From NCBI GenBank assembly GCA_965222075.1, contig OZ244937.1:5024001-5088000 (forward strand): a stretch of 64,000 bases of DNA, written 5' to 3'. This document shows, in pieces, positions 30,046 to 38,840 of the stretch. Every line of letters starts with the position of its first letter. The first letter of the stretch is position 1. A program made the position numbers and the translations under genes. Below the pieces are notes generated by a model. That model made no database searches and was not told the origin of the DNA. It saw only the letters and a list, made by a program, of their open reading frames with translations. Source of the stretch: Candidatus Latescibacterota bacterium. GTDB taxonomy: Bacteria > Latescibacterota > UBA2968 > GCA-2709665.

Positions 30046-30762
30046 ATGCGAAAGGTCGTTTTGGGATGTCTGGCGATGGTGTTTCTGCTGAGTTCGACGG
30101 GGGTTGTCTACGGTCAAAGTGCGGGTGCAAGCTGGGGTGTGGGCGCATTTTTGGACTATAACCGGTCGCTGTTCAAGATGAAAGACTGGTTTGACGACGG
30201 TCAGGGCAAAGTGGGGGTGGTCTTCACCTACGTGGTGGGTCCCAAGGTGAGCGTGGAGGTGGAGTATAGCCGTTCCAGGTTCACCAACGGGAGCCTTCAG
30301 GAGCGCACGTTCACGTGGGGTGTAGACGGTAAGGACTACCTCTCGCCTGGTGCGGTGAGCCAGATGACGATGAACAATTTTTTGGTGAACGGGATCATCC
30401 GGAGGACTGGCGCGGAGGTTCTTCGTCAGGGGAGTTATGCGCCCTATTTGACGGTGGGTGCTGGGTTTTACGATTATTCGACGGATGTTCGGAATTTGAT
30501 TTATCCGGGTCAGAAGACGGCGCCTTTGGACCAGGCGTTGAAGCTGGATGCGTTCAGTGACACGCGCACGGCGCTTGGGGTGAACGCGGGTTTGGGGGTA
30601 GAGGGATTTGTGTTCGACAATATGGCTGTGGATCTTCGTCTTCGGTATAATGTGTTGTTGGGTGAGCTTCGTCCCATGGAGGCGTGGGGGATAGAGGGGC
30701 AGACGTTTCCGATGCAGTTTTGGAATGTTCGGGGAGGGTTGAGGTTTTATTTTGCGCGGTAG
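30046..30762 (+). CDS. Small outer-membrane beta-barrel protein, copy 2
   Basis: Mature protein identical to 15622-16341; only the signal peptide differs; AAGGAGG RBS. Confidence 0.87.
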   Translation: MRKVVLGCLAMVFLLSSTGVVYGQSAGASWGVGAFLDYNRSLFKMKDWFDDGQGKVGVVFTYVVGPKVSVEVEYSRSRFTNGSLQERTFTWGVDGKDYLSPGAVSQMTMNNFLVNGIIRRTGAEVLRQGSYAPYLTVGAGFYDYSTDVRNLIYPGQKTAPLDQALKLDAFSDTRTALGVNAGLGVEGFVFDNMAVDLRLRYNVLLGELRPMEAWGIEGQTFPMQFWNVRGGLRFYFAR

Positions 30763-30931
30763 GTCGTCGTTCGTTGTAGGGGATTGGTATCTCGTAGAAG
30801 CACACCAGAAGAGACGAGCGACGATCTGAGCTGGGAGAAAGGAGGGCGGGAGTGGCGTAAAGACTTTCTGTTCAGAATTTCGTATTCCGGGGGGAATGAG
30901 ATTCTATTACCCGTAAAGTAAGGAGGAACAG

Positions 30932-33900
30932 ATGAACAAGTTGAAGATAGGTTTGGGAGCTGTGCTTGCGCTGTGCGCTGTTTTGGCGCTGGGCAGTGTA
31001 GCTACGGCAGGGACGACCGGGAAGGTGATGGGCAATGTGATGGACGAGAAGGGAGATCCGCTGCCGGGGGCCAGCGTGGTGCTTGAGGGCACCCAGCGGG
31101 GGGCGACGACGGATGCGGATGGGTTCTACGTGATCGTTTCGATGGACCCCGACGTGTATAAGGCCACGGCGTCGATGGTGGGCTACCATTCGTCGACCCA
31201 GGAGCAGGTGGTCGTGCGAGCGGATTTCACGACGACGTTGAATTTCCGTCTCCGGGAGCAGGCACTGGAGTTGGAGGAGATGGTGGTGGTGGCGGAGCGC
31301 CCGCCTGTGGAGCCGGACAAGACGGAGAGCCGGTATGTGGTGAGCTCCGAACAAATCCGGCGGACGCCTATCATACGGGACGTTCAACAGTTCGTGGAGC
31401 TGGAGGCCGGAGTCGCGGTGGACGGCACCCAGTTCCTCCGGGGTGCCCCGCCCGACGAAACCTCCTTTGTCGTGGATGGTCTCCGGATGCAGCAGTCGGA
31501 CAAGCGTATCTACAGTGGATTAGACTCGGGAAGCTACCTGAGCTGGAACGCCCCGGGCACAGCCTGGTGGATGGGCGTCAACACCGATGCAGTGCAGGAG
31601 ATCTCCGTTATCACCGGCGGAATGAACGCCGAATACGGAAATGCGATGTCCGGCGTGGTGCAGCTGGTCACCCGGGACGGGCAATCGGACTACCACGGCG
31701 AGGTGGAGTACCGGCTCACCCCTGCGGGCAAGAAGCACTGGGGAACGAACGTGTACGACGCGCCCGAGCACAAAGGCAACGCGAAATGGGACGACCCGGA
31801 GTGGGTTTCCGAGGTGGATCCCGAGACGGGAAGGCTGGTCCACCAGCGGCTGAGCTACACCGACTGGCGCAGCCATTACTACGACGGCTTTCTAAGCGGT
31901 CCGCTGCTTGGACAATCGTCCTTTTTCGTGAGCGCCCGGCACGTGGATCAGGCTGCACCCCTTCCAGGGCGCGCGAACCGCACGCCGACGAATATCCGGA
32001 CCACGGCAAAGTTGACGATTGCGCCAGGGTCGAATGTCAAGTTCCGGTTGGGGTGGGTCTACGACTATTCAGAGTACTGGCGGGGCGGCCGGTCGCCCAA
32101 TTGGGCCGGCGTTACCAACGTAACCAGGTCAACCGGGCGGCACCTGTTCATCCCGGACGGGTCCCCGGGGGGGAAGGTCCCCAGTCCCGAGAACATGCTC
32201 TATGCCACCTGGACCCACACCGTCAGTCCGAAGACGTTTTACGAAATCAAGGTGTCGCACTACGTAAGCAGGGAGGACAGCAGCGAGACGACGGGGAAGA
32301 CGACCTCGGATCAGAGGACCGACAAATCGGGCCATTTCTACCTCGGCCGGGAAAGGATGTGGAATTATACCATCGCCGAGCAGAAGAGGACCACCCTCAA
32401 GGTCGACCTTTCCAGCCAGTTCAGGAAAGGGCACTTCATCAAGACGGGAGTCGAGTTCGTAAAGTACAGCAACTGGTTTACCTGGGAGGTCATGTTTCCC
32501 GACGGGCAGAAGGCCATCGAATTCATCGGGAAAGGTGGCGTGCCAGGGGAGGGGCAAACACCCACTGAGCTGGGGTTTTACGTCCAGGATAAGATGGAAT
32601 TTGAAGGGCTGATCGTGAACGCGGGCCTCCGCTTCGACATGTTCTATGGCATAGATGCGCCGTTTTACGGCGGGTTCAGGAGCTTCATGTACGATTCGGT
32701 GTCAAAATTCCAGCACATCCCCTACTCCCGCCTGGAGCCGTGGACAAGCTGGTCTCCCCGCCTGGGGATCTCCCATCCGATCACGGACAGATCGGCCATG
32801 CACTTCTCCTACGGCCACTTTGCGCAGACTCACGGCTTCCGGCGCATGTTTCAGGAGATGTGGCTGACCGCCGGCAAAGTCGGGATTCCGGGCGTTCCTT
32901 TCAGCGAGTACGTGCAGCCAAAGTGGCCTAGCGGGACGACTGCGCTCTGGCCGTCGTTTGACCTGCCGCAAAAGAAGATCAACACCGAGGTGGGCGTGGA
33001 CTGGAACTTTGTGAGCGACTATGTGGTCACGCTGGCTACCTTCTACAACAGCGGCATAAACCAGGAAGCCGGACAATGGCAGAATCTCCGTAATCCGTTT
33101 ACCAAAGGGCGGTTGTATGTCAGCGGCACAGGGGCGACCTGGTGGGAAGACTCCCGGGGCTTCGAGTTCAGCCTGAGGAAAGGCTTCAGCCACCACTTCG
33201 CGTTCCGGGCCGCGTTCAACCTTGAGTGGACGGGCGAGTATTACGGCGGAAAGGGCACAAGCTCGATCGGGTTGGGCGTTGCGATGGACTCCACCTTTAT
33301 CCTGAACAGCCCGATCATGGTGGAGTGGGAAGAGGGGGACGGGTTTCAGCGGCCGGTGCCGATGTCGGAGGCGAGGCGGAGAGAGGCCCTCGCTGGCGCG
33401 ATGAATGCGCAGGATGTATCCGCCACGGGTACGGCGATTGTCTTTTACTCGGGTGACACCGAGACCAAGACATTCGACAACCGTCCGAACCTGAGCGATG
33501 AAACCCGGGCAGCCGCTCAAGGACTGTATTACCTGGAGGATTGGCTGGGGGGCAACAGAGACGACATAACGGCGGGGAAGCGGAGCCAGGGCAGCCTGCA
33601 GATGTTCTTCTCTACCCCCGCAGACCTCGGAGTGGGACCCAGGATTGGCGGAAGCACTCTTCTGGGCAACCTGCGGGCGAACCTGATCTACCGGATCTAT
33701 ACCGGTTCGAAATTCAAGTACCCGACCCTGGACGGGAAGTCAACCTACTCGAGGGGTCCTCTGCACACCAACGTTGATCTGAGCGTGCAGAAGCGCCTCA
33801 ACCTGGGAAAGGTGAATGCGGACCTGTTCGTGGAGGTGTTAAACCTGTTCGATCAGAAGGACGCGAGCGCCTCCGGCACCAGCTACATGTACTATGGACT

Positions 33901-34015
33901 CCAGATACCCCCCCCTGACGATGCCGCGTATCTGGAATTCGGGGACGTCTCAGACCGGTCGCGCTATCTTGGCAGTCCCCGGGAGTCGCACGTGGGCATC
34001 CGGTTGAGTTTCTAA
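30932..34015 (+). CDS. TonB-dependent receptor 2
   Basis: Paralog of receptor 1; AVQEISVITGGMNAEYGNAMSGVV, YVQDKMEF, C-terminal VGIRLSF. Confidence 0.93.
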   Translation: MNKLKIGLGAVLALCAVLALGSVATAGTTGKVMGNVMDEKGDPLPGASVVLEGTQRGATTDADGFYVIVSMDPDVYKATASMVGYHSSTQEQVVVRADFTTTLNFRLREQALELEEMVVVAERPPVEPDKTESRYVVSSEQIRRTPIIRDVQQFVELEAGVAVDGTQFLRGAPPDETSFVVDGLRMQQSDKRIYSGLDSGSYLSWNAPGTAWWMGVNTDAVQEISVITGGMNAEYGNAMSGVVQLVTRDGQSDYHGEVEYRLTPAGKKHWGTNVYDAPEHKGNAKWDDPEWVSEVDPETGRLVHQRLSYTDWRSHYYDGFLSGPLLGQSSFFVSARHVDQAAPLPGRANRTPTNIRTTAKLTIAPGSNVKFRLGWVYDYSEYWRGGRSPNWAGVTNVTRSTGRHLFIPDGSPGGKVPSPENMLYATWTHTVSPKTFYEIKVSHYVSREDSSETTGKTTSDQRTDKSGHFYLGRERMWNYTIAEQKRTTLKVDLSSQFRKGHFIKTGVEFVKYSNWFTWEVMFPDGQKAIEFIGKGGVPGEGQTPTELGFYVQDKMEFEGLIVNAGLRFDMFYGIDAPFYGGFRSFMYDSVSKFQHIPYSRLEPWTSWSPRLGISHPITDRSAMHFSYGHFAQTHGFRRMFQEMWLTAGKVGIPGVPFSEYVQPKWPSGTTALWPSFDLPQKKINTEVGVDWNFVSDYVVTLATFYNSGINQEAGQWQNLRNPFTKGRLYVSGTGATWWEDSRGFEFSLRKGFSHHFAFRAAFNLEWTGEYYGGKGTSSIGLGVAMDSTFILNSPIMVEWEEGDGFQRPVPMSEARRREALAGAMNAQDVSATGTAIVFYSGDTETKTFDNRPNLSDETRAAAQGLYYLEDWLGGNRDDITAGKRSQGSLQMFFSTPADLGVGPRIGGSTLLGNLRANLIYRIYTGSKFKYPTLDGKSTYSRGPLHTNVDLSVQKRLNLGKVNADLFVEVLNLFDQKDASASGTSYMYYGLQIPPPDDAAYLEFGDVSDRSRYLGSPRESHVGIRLSF

Positions 34016-34046
34016 CGAGCATTTGTCCAAAGCCCGAAGATCGTAA

Positions 34047-34087
34047 TCTCCCGCAGGGGCGGGTTTGAAACCTGCTCCTGCGGGAGA
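34047..34087. repeat. REP-like palindrome
   Basis: TCTCCCGCAGGGGCGGGTTTGAAACCTGCTCCTGCGGGAGA hairpin. Confidence 0.6.
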
Positions 34088-34146
34088 GGAAAAAACACCC
34101 ATCCTCGGGCCTTAAAGACGACGATCGACGAAGGAGGTTCAGGATC

Positions 34147-36375
34147 ATGAAAAAGATCACAATCTGCGGGGCGGTGTACCTGCTTCTGGGCCTGCTGCTG
34201 TGGGGCCCGTCCCCGGTGGACGCACAGCGGTCGAAGCACCGCTTCCAGACCCGCGCCAAGCTGTGGAATACCTACTGGAACGTGGGCAGCCAGGGAATAT
34301 GGAGCTCGGACCTTGTCAGCCTTTACCGCGCGTTGAGCATGAACTATCCCGGCAATTACGTTACCGATTTTCAGTACGAGGGCCCGGATTACTACGGAGG
34401 CCCGAGGATCTGGCCCGGCATCTCGAATTATTTGACCGCAAACGTGGAGATGAATATACTCTCCGCGGGCCTCGAGACCTTTGTCGCCACGGTGGCGAAC
34501 GGGGAGTATTACGTGTCGGAGACCAAAGTCGACAAGGACCCCCCGGAGATCACTATGTTGGCCTACGACCCTTCGGCGGGGCCGGAGGCGAACATCGGCT
34601 ACCCGACCTATGCCCCCCTGGGCATGGCGATGGCCAACTGGTGGCCCGGGCAGCCGCCCCCAGGGCAGGATACGCCGGTGGAGATCCTCAACTACCGGTA
34701 TGGCCAGTACATGGACCCGGACAAGGACACGTTTCCGGAGAGCATCATCATCTCTCACTACTCCACAAAGCACGGGGTTACGGTCACCCGAAAGGCCTAC
34801 GCGTGGGGCTACCCGGACTACGACGACTTCGAGATTTTGGAGTTTACGTTCGAAAACACCGGGAGTAATCAGCTCAACGACACCTTCATCGCACTCTCGA
34901 CCCGGTGGATCATTTCACAGCGCGGCTGGCGGTGGCAGGCCGGCACGAGTGATTTCCGGACGGAGAATGACCTGATGCACGACGACTGGAACAAATACAC
35001 GGAGGCGGGCAACTACGACGGCCCGGCTTCGGGGGTGGGGCTGAAGTTGTGGTACGGCTACGACGGAGACTCCCCGATTACGGTGTCGGACGACCTGGGC
35101 GACCCATTCGACTCGGCCCGGATGAACGGATATGGATCGGCCAACTTCAAGAAGACCATTGTTGAGGGCGAGCTGATGGCCTACCAGCACGCAGGGTTTG
35201 CGCCGATCGCCTACACCCCCGGCGCCGACAACGATGCGGGCACGTGGACCTACGACACCGGGGGGGATGCGCGCTTTGTGGCGCCCGGGGTGGCCGACCA
35301 GCCGTATGCCTTCAGGTGGTGGCAATTCCGAACGAGGACTGACTTCGACAATCCCGATTCCGGGACCTCATCCTTCGAGAAGATGTATAACGATCTCTCC
35401 GGGGCACCCGGGATTATGGACAACCCGCCCTCGGTGGATGGGGTGCACGGGACCTTCACCTACGGTCCCTACGACCTGGCGCCCGGCGACAAGGCGAGGA
35501 TCGTGGTGGCTCTGGTGGCGGCCGCCCCGGTGGAAGAGAACATGTGGGGATGGGCCGTGCAGGGCAAACAGGGCGAACTGCGCACAGACAAGGGGTTCGA
35601 CAACCTGGTCAAACACCTGAACAAGGCCAGGGAGGCCTTCGATTGGGACTACGACCTGCCCGATCCCCCGCCGGATGTGAAGGTGACATCGGGTGTCACC
35701 TCCGACGCGACCAACCAGTTGACGTGGGACGACGCCGGGGCGACCGATCCGGACTATTCGGGCTCGGAAGCCCAGGATGTCGTTGGCTACCGGGTCTACC
35801 GGTCGGATAACAAGATAGACAACTGGGTGCTTTTTGCCGACATCCCGAAATCCGGGGCCTCTTACACCTATATGGACGAGAAGTCTGCCGCGGGGTTCGC
35901 GTATGACTACGCCGTCCGCGCTTACGATTCGGGGCATGCCGACTGGAACGGGACCGGCATGGAGATCCCCTCCCTTGAAGGCGGGAACAGTTCCCCCGAG
36001 CAGTGGGTGAACGGCGGCGTCAAATGGTCGATCCCGTTCGTGCCCCCCACCGCCGAGTCCGACCAGTTGCAAAGGAAGGTCCGGGTGGTGCCCAACCCGT
36101 ATTTCGATGACGGGGCGCACGCCTACCCGAACAAGGACAGGGTCCGCTTTCTCAATCTCCCGCACAAGTGCAAGGTGAAGATCTTCACAGCGGCCGGGGA
36201 TCTCTTAACGGAGTTCACGCACGACGATCCCTCTCGAGGCGAAACAAATTACGATATGATAACGAGGGATCTCATCGGAAAGGCATCCGCCGGCATCTAT
36301 CACTTCGTGGTCGAATCGCAGGTAGCGGGAAGCGTGGGCAAGATGCAGACCGGCACGTTTGTGATCATCAGGTGA
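34147..36375 (+). CDS. Secreted protein 2 with FN3-like module and T9SS-like C-terminal domain
   Basis: Paralog of 19590-21836; SPI-type signal (VDA); VRVVPNPY..VRFLNLP..IFTAAGDL..FVIIR. Confidence 0.8.
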   Translation: MKKITICGAVYLLLGLLLWGPSPVDAQRSKHRFQTRAKLWNTYWNVGSQGIWSSDLVSLYRALSMNYPGNYVTDFQYEGPDYYGGPRIWPGISNYLTANVEMNILSAGLETFVATVANGEYYVSETKVDKDPPEITMLAYDPSAGPEANIGYPTYAPLGMAMANWWPGQPPPGQDTPVEILNYRYGQYMDPDKDTFPESIIISHYSTKHGVTVTRKAYAWGYPDYDDFEILEFTFENTGSNQLNDTFIALSTRWIISQRGWRWQAGTSDFRTENDLMHDDWNKYTEAGNYDGPASGVGLKLWYGYDGDSPITVSDDLGDPFDSARMNGYGSANFKKTIVEGELMAYQHAGFAPIAYTPGADNDAGTWTYDTGGDARFVAPGVADQPYAFRWWQFRTRTDFDNPDSGTSSFEKMYNDLSGAPGIMDNPPSVDGVHGTFTYGPYDLAPGDKARIVVALVAAAPVEENMWGWAVQGKQGELRTDKGFDNLVKHLNKAREAFDWDYDLPDPPPDVKVTSGVTSDATNQLTWDDAGATDPDYSGSEAQDVVGYRVYRSDNKIDNWVLFADIPKSGASYTYMDEKSAAGFAYDYAVRAYDSGHADWNGTGMEIPSLEGGNSSPEQWVNGGVKWSIPFVPPTAESDQLQRKVRVVPNPYFDDGAHAYPNKDRVRFLNLPHKCKVKIFTAAGDLLTEFTHDDPSRGETNYDMITRDLIGKASAGIYHFVVESQVAGSVGKMQTGTFVIIR

Positions 36376-36422
36376 GGCCTACCAGAGGGCTTGCTGAGAC
36401 ACTGAAAGAAGGAGATAGAACC

Positions 36423-37373
36423 ATGAGACGAGCGTTTTGGACCGTCGTGACAGCGATGGCCGTTTGCACCCTGGTCTTTCCAGATGCCGTGCCTGCGGGG
36501 CAGAAGAAGGTGGGCGGTGTGACGATGCCTCTGTTGAAGATAGACCAGGGGGCGCGCATGAGCGGTATGGGGGGCAGTTATGCGGCCATCGGTGACGACA
36601 TCGGCATGATCCACGTCAATCCCGCGGGATTGACCCACGTTGAGCGAGGTGAATATTCGTTTTCCTACACACGCTGGCTGTCGAATTCCAAGTTTTACTC
36701 CGGCGTGGCCGCCTTCAAAACCGATTACGGTGTCGTCGGGTTGAGCGTGGTGTCACATACGCCCGAGGAGATGGAGGAGTCCACGATCTTCCAGCCAAAC
36801 GGCACGGGCCGGATGCTGGACATAGGCACGGTCAGCATCGGCGTGGCCTTTGCCAAGAAGTTGACGGACAGGCTGTCGTTCGGGTTTGTGGGCCGCTGGA
36901 CGTCGCAGAACCTGGACCTGGAAACGATTACCGTTTACGACATCAGCCTGGGGACGAAGTTCTACACGGGTTTCAAGAGCCTGCGGCTTGGGATGGCGTT
37001 TATGAACCTGGGGAAGGACATCAAGGTGTCCGGGGGTGAGACGCAGCTCATGCCGGTGGTCTTCAGTATTGCAGGAGCGATGGAGGCGTATGGGGAGGTG
37101 GGCGATCCGGCCTATCTGACCGTGACGGCAGAGAACTACTATGCCACGGACTATTCGGAGCCGCAGTACCGGCTGGGCGGTGAGGCCTGGTTTCAGAACA
37201 CCGTGGCGCTGCGCGCGGGGTATAAGTTCAACTACGATATCGAGACCTACAGCGTGGGGGCGGGCGTGAAGTTCCAGCCGGTGGAGGGCAAGGAGATTCA
37301 CGTGGACTTCTCCTACACGAAGTTCGATTTCTTCGATCCCCCGTTGCGGTTCACGCTGAGCGGGTCGTTTTAG
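36423..37373 (+). CDS. PorV/PorQ family outer-membrane barrel 2
   Basis: LKIDQGARMSGMGGSYAAIGDD..NPAGL; paralog of 21902-22873; AAGGAG RBS. Confidence 0.87.
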   Translation: MRRAFWTVVTAMAVCTLVFPDAVPAGQKKVGGVTMPLLKIDQGARMSGMGGSYAAIGDDIGMIHVNPAGLTHVERGEYSFSYTRWLSNSKFYSGVAAFKTDYGVVGLSVVSHTPEEMEESTIFQPNGTGRMLDIGTVSIGVAFAKKLTDRLSFGFVGRWTSQNLDLETITVYDISLGTKFYTGFKSLRLGMAFMNLGKDIKVSGGETQLMPVVFSIAGAMEAYGEVGDPAYLTVTAENYYATDYSEPQYRLGGEAWFQNTVALRAGYKFNYDIETYSVGAGVKFQPVEGKEIHVDFSYTKFDFFDPPLRFTLSGSF

Positions 37374-37420
37374 GCCACGGGGGGAAAGACACGGAAAGGA
37401 CAGCTGGGTCGATTGAAAGA

Positions 37421-37510
37421 GGGGCTGGGACTTGAGACGGGAGGCCTTACCATCTCGCTCTGTGGGGCATGGTTACAGGCCTCCAGCCTCCGGTCTCCAG
37501 CCCCTTTTTT
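37421..37510 (+). terminator. Long hairpin plus T-tract closing cassette 2
   Basis: GGGGCTGG..GGAGGCCT/AGGCCTCC..CCAGCCCC followed by TTTTTT. Confidence 0.6.
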
Positions 37511-37644
37511 GCTGGAAGTGCGGCTGTGCTTTTTGGTCGTTATGGGATGTTTCATCTATTATATTGTATCCTGGTGCAGCCGAACGATGATTCCAGGGCG
37601 CCGGCATCGTTAGACGGCGGCGGTGCCGAACAGGGGGATATCTT

Positions 37645-38835
37645 ATGGGTGGAAGAAAGGAAGTTGACTATCGGCCGATTCAAACCCGGCACGGGAAGGA
37701 AGCGGAGGATGCGATTCTGCGTGTGTTGAGGGATGGCGCCTCGTATACGATGGGGGACGAGGTGAAGGGGTTTGAAGAGAAGTTCGCGGGGTTCCTGGGG
37801 GCGGGCGTAGCGGTGGGGGTTACGCACTGTACAGCGGCGCTGGAGCTGAGTGCGGCGCTTTGCAGGGTGGCGCAGGGGGATGAGGTGATTGTTCCGGCCC
37901 ACACGTTTGTGTCGAGCGCGGTGGCGTTTGCGCGGCGGGGCGCAAAGATTGTGTGGGCGGATATCGATCCGGATGCGAGGGTGATGAGCATCGATACGGT
38001 GGCGCCCCTGGTGACGGAGCGGACCAGGGTGATTGTGGCGGTGCATCTGATGGGACTTACGGTGGATATGGATCCGATTCTGGAGCTGGCCGGAGAGCGA
38101 AATATTCGCGTGGTGGAAGACTGCGCTCAGGCGCCCGGGGCGCGGTACAGGGGGCGCCGGGTGGGAGCGCTGGGGGACTTCGGCTGTTTCAGTTTTCACA
38201 CGCAGAAGAATATGACGACCCTGGGCGAGGGAGGGATGCTGGTGGTGCGCGACGAGGAGACGGCGACGGTTGTTAAGAAGCTGCGGTGGATGGGGAACTG
38301 GCAATTTGAGGGGGAAAGGGAGCGGTACTGGGAGCCGTCGATGGCAAATCTGGTCTGCGGGCTGGAAGGGGAATGGCCGTACAATTTCTGTCTGTCGGAG
38401 TTCAACGCGGCAGTGGGGCAGGTGGAGCTCAAGCGGCTGGACGAGGTGAACGCGAACCGGCAGCAGCAGGCGAAGGCGCTTATGGAGGGGCTGGCGGATG
38501 TGGAGGAGCTGAGCTTTCAGAAGGTGGGGCCCGGGTGCGAGCACGTGTACCACATGATGCCTGTGAAGTACGACGGGTCCAGGTCGGGCAAAACGCGGAG
38601 TGACCTGATCGGGTTGATGTACAACGAGTACGGGATTAAGTGCTACGTCCATTATATGCCGCTGTACCGTTTCGATCTGTTCAGGGCCATGGGGTGCGAC
38701 GGGGCGGACTGCCCGGTTACGGATGAATATTACGATAGCATGTACGGATATCCGTGGTGGTCGAACATGTCGGACGAGCTGCTGGAGCGGTTCATCGCGT
38801 CCACCCGGGAGGCGTGCATCAGGCTAAGGGGGTGA
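37645..38835 (+). CDS. DegT/DnrJ/EryC1/StrS sugar aminotransferase
   Basis: GDEVIVPAHTFVSSA, VEDCAQAPG, FSFHTQKNMTTLGEGG. Confidence 0.92.
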   Translation: MGGRKEVDYRPIQTRHGKEAEDAILRVLRDGASYTMGDEVKGFEEKFAGFLGAGVAVGVTHCTAALELSAALCRVAQGDEVIVPAHTFVSSAVAFARRGAKIVWADIDPDARVMSIDTVAPLVTERTRVIVAVHLMGLTVDMDPILELAGERNIRVVEDCAQAPGARYRGRRVGALGDFGCFSFHTQKNMTTLGEGGMLVVRDEETATVVKKLRWMGNWQFEGERERYWEPSMANLVCGLEGEWPYNFCLSEFNAAVGQVELKRLDEVNANRQQQAKALMEGLADVEELSFQKVGPGCEHVYHMMPVKYDGSRSGKTRSDLIGLMYNEYGIKCYVHYMPLYRFDLFRAMGCDGADCPVTDEYYDSMYGYPWWSNMSDELLERFIASTREACIRLRG

Positions 38836-38840
38836 GTGGT

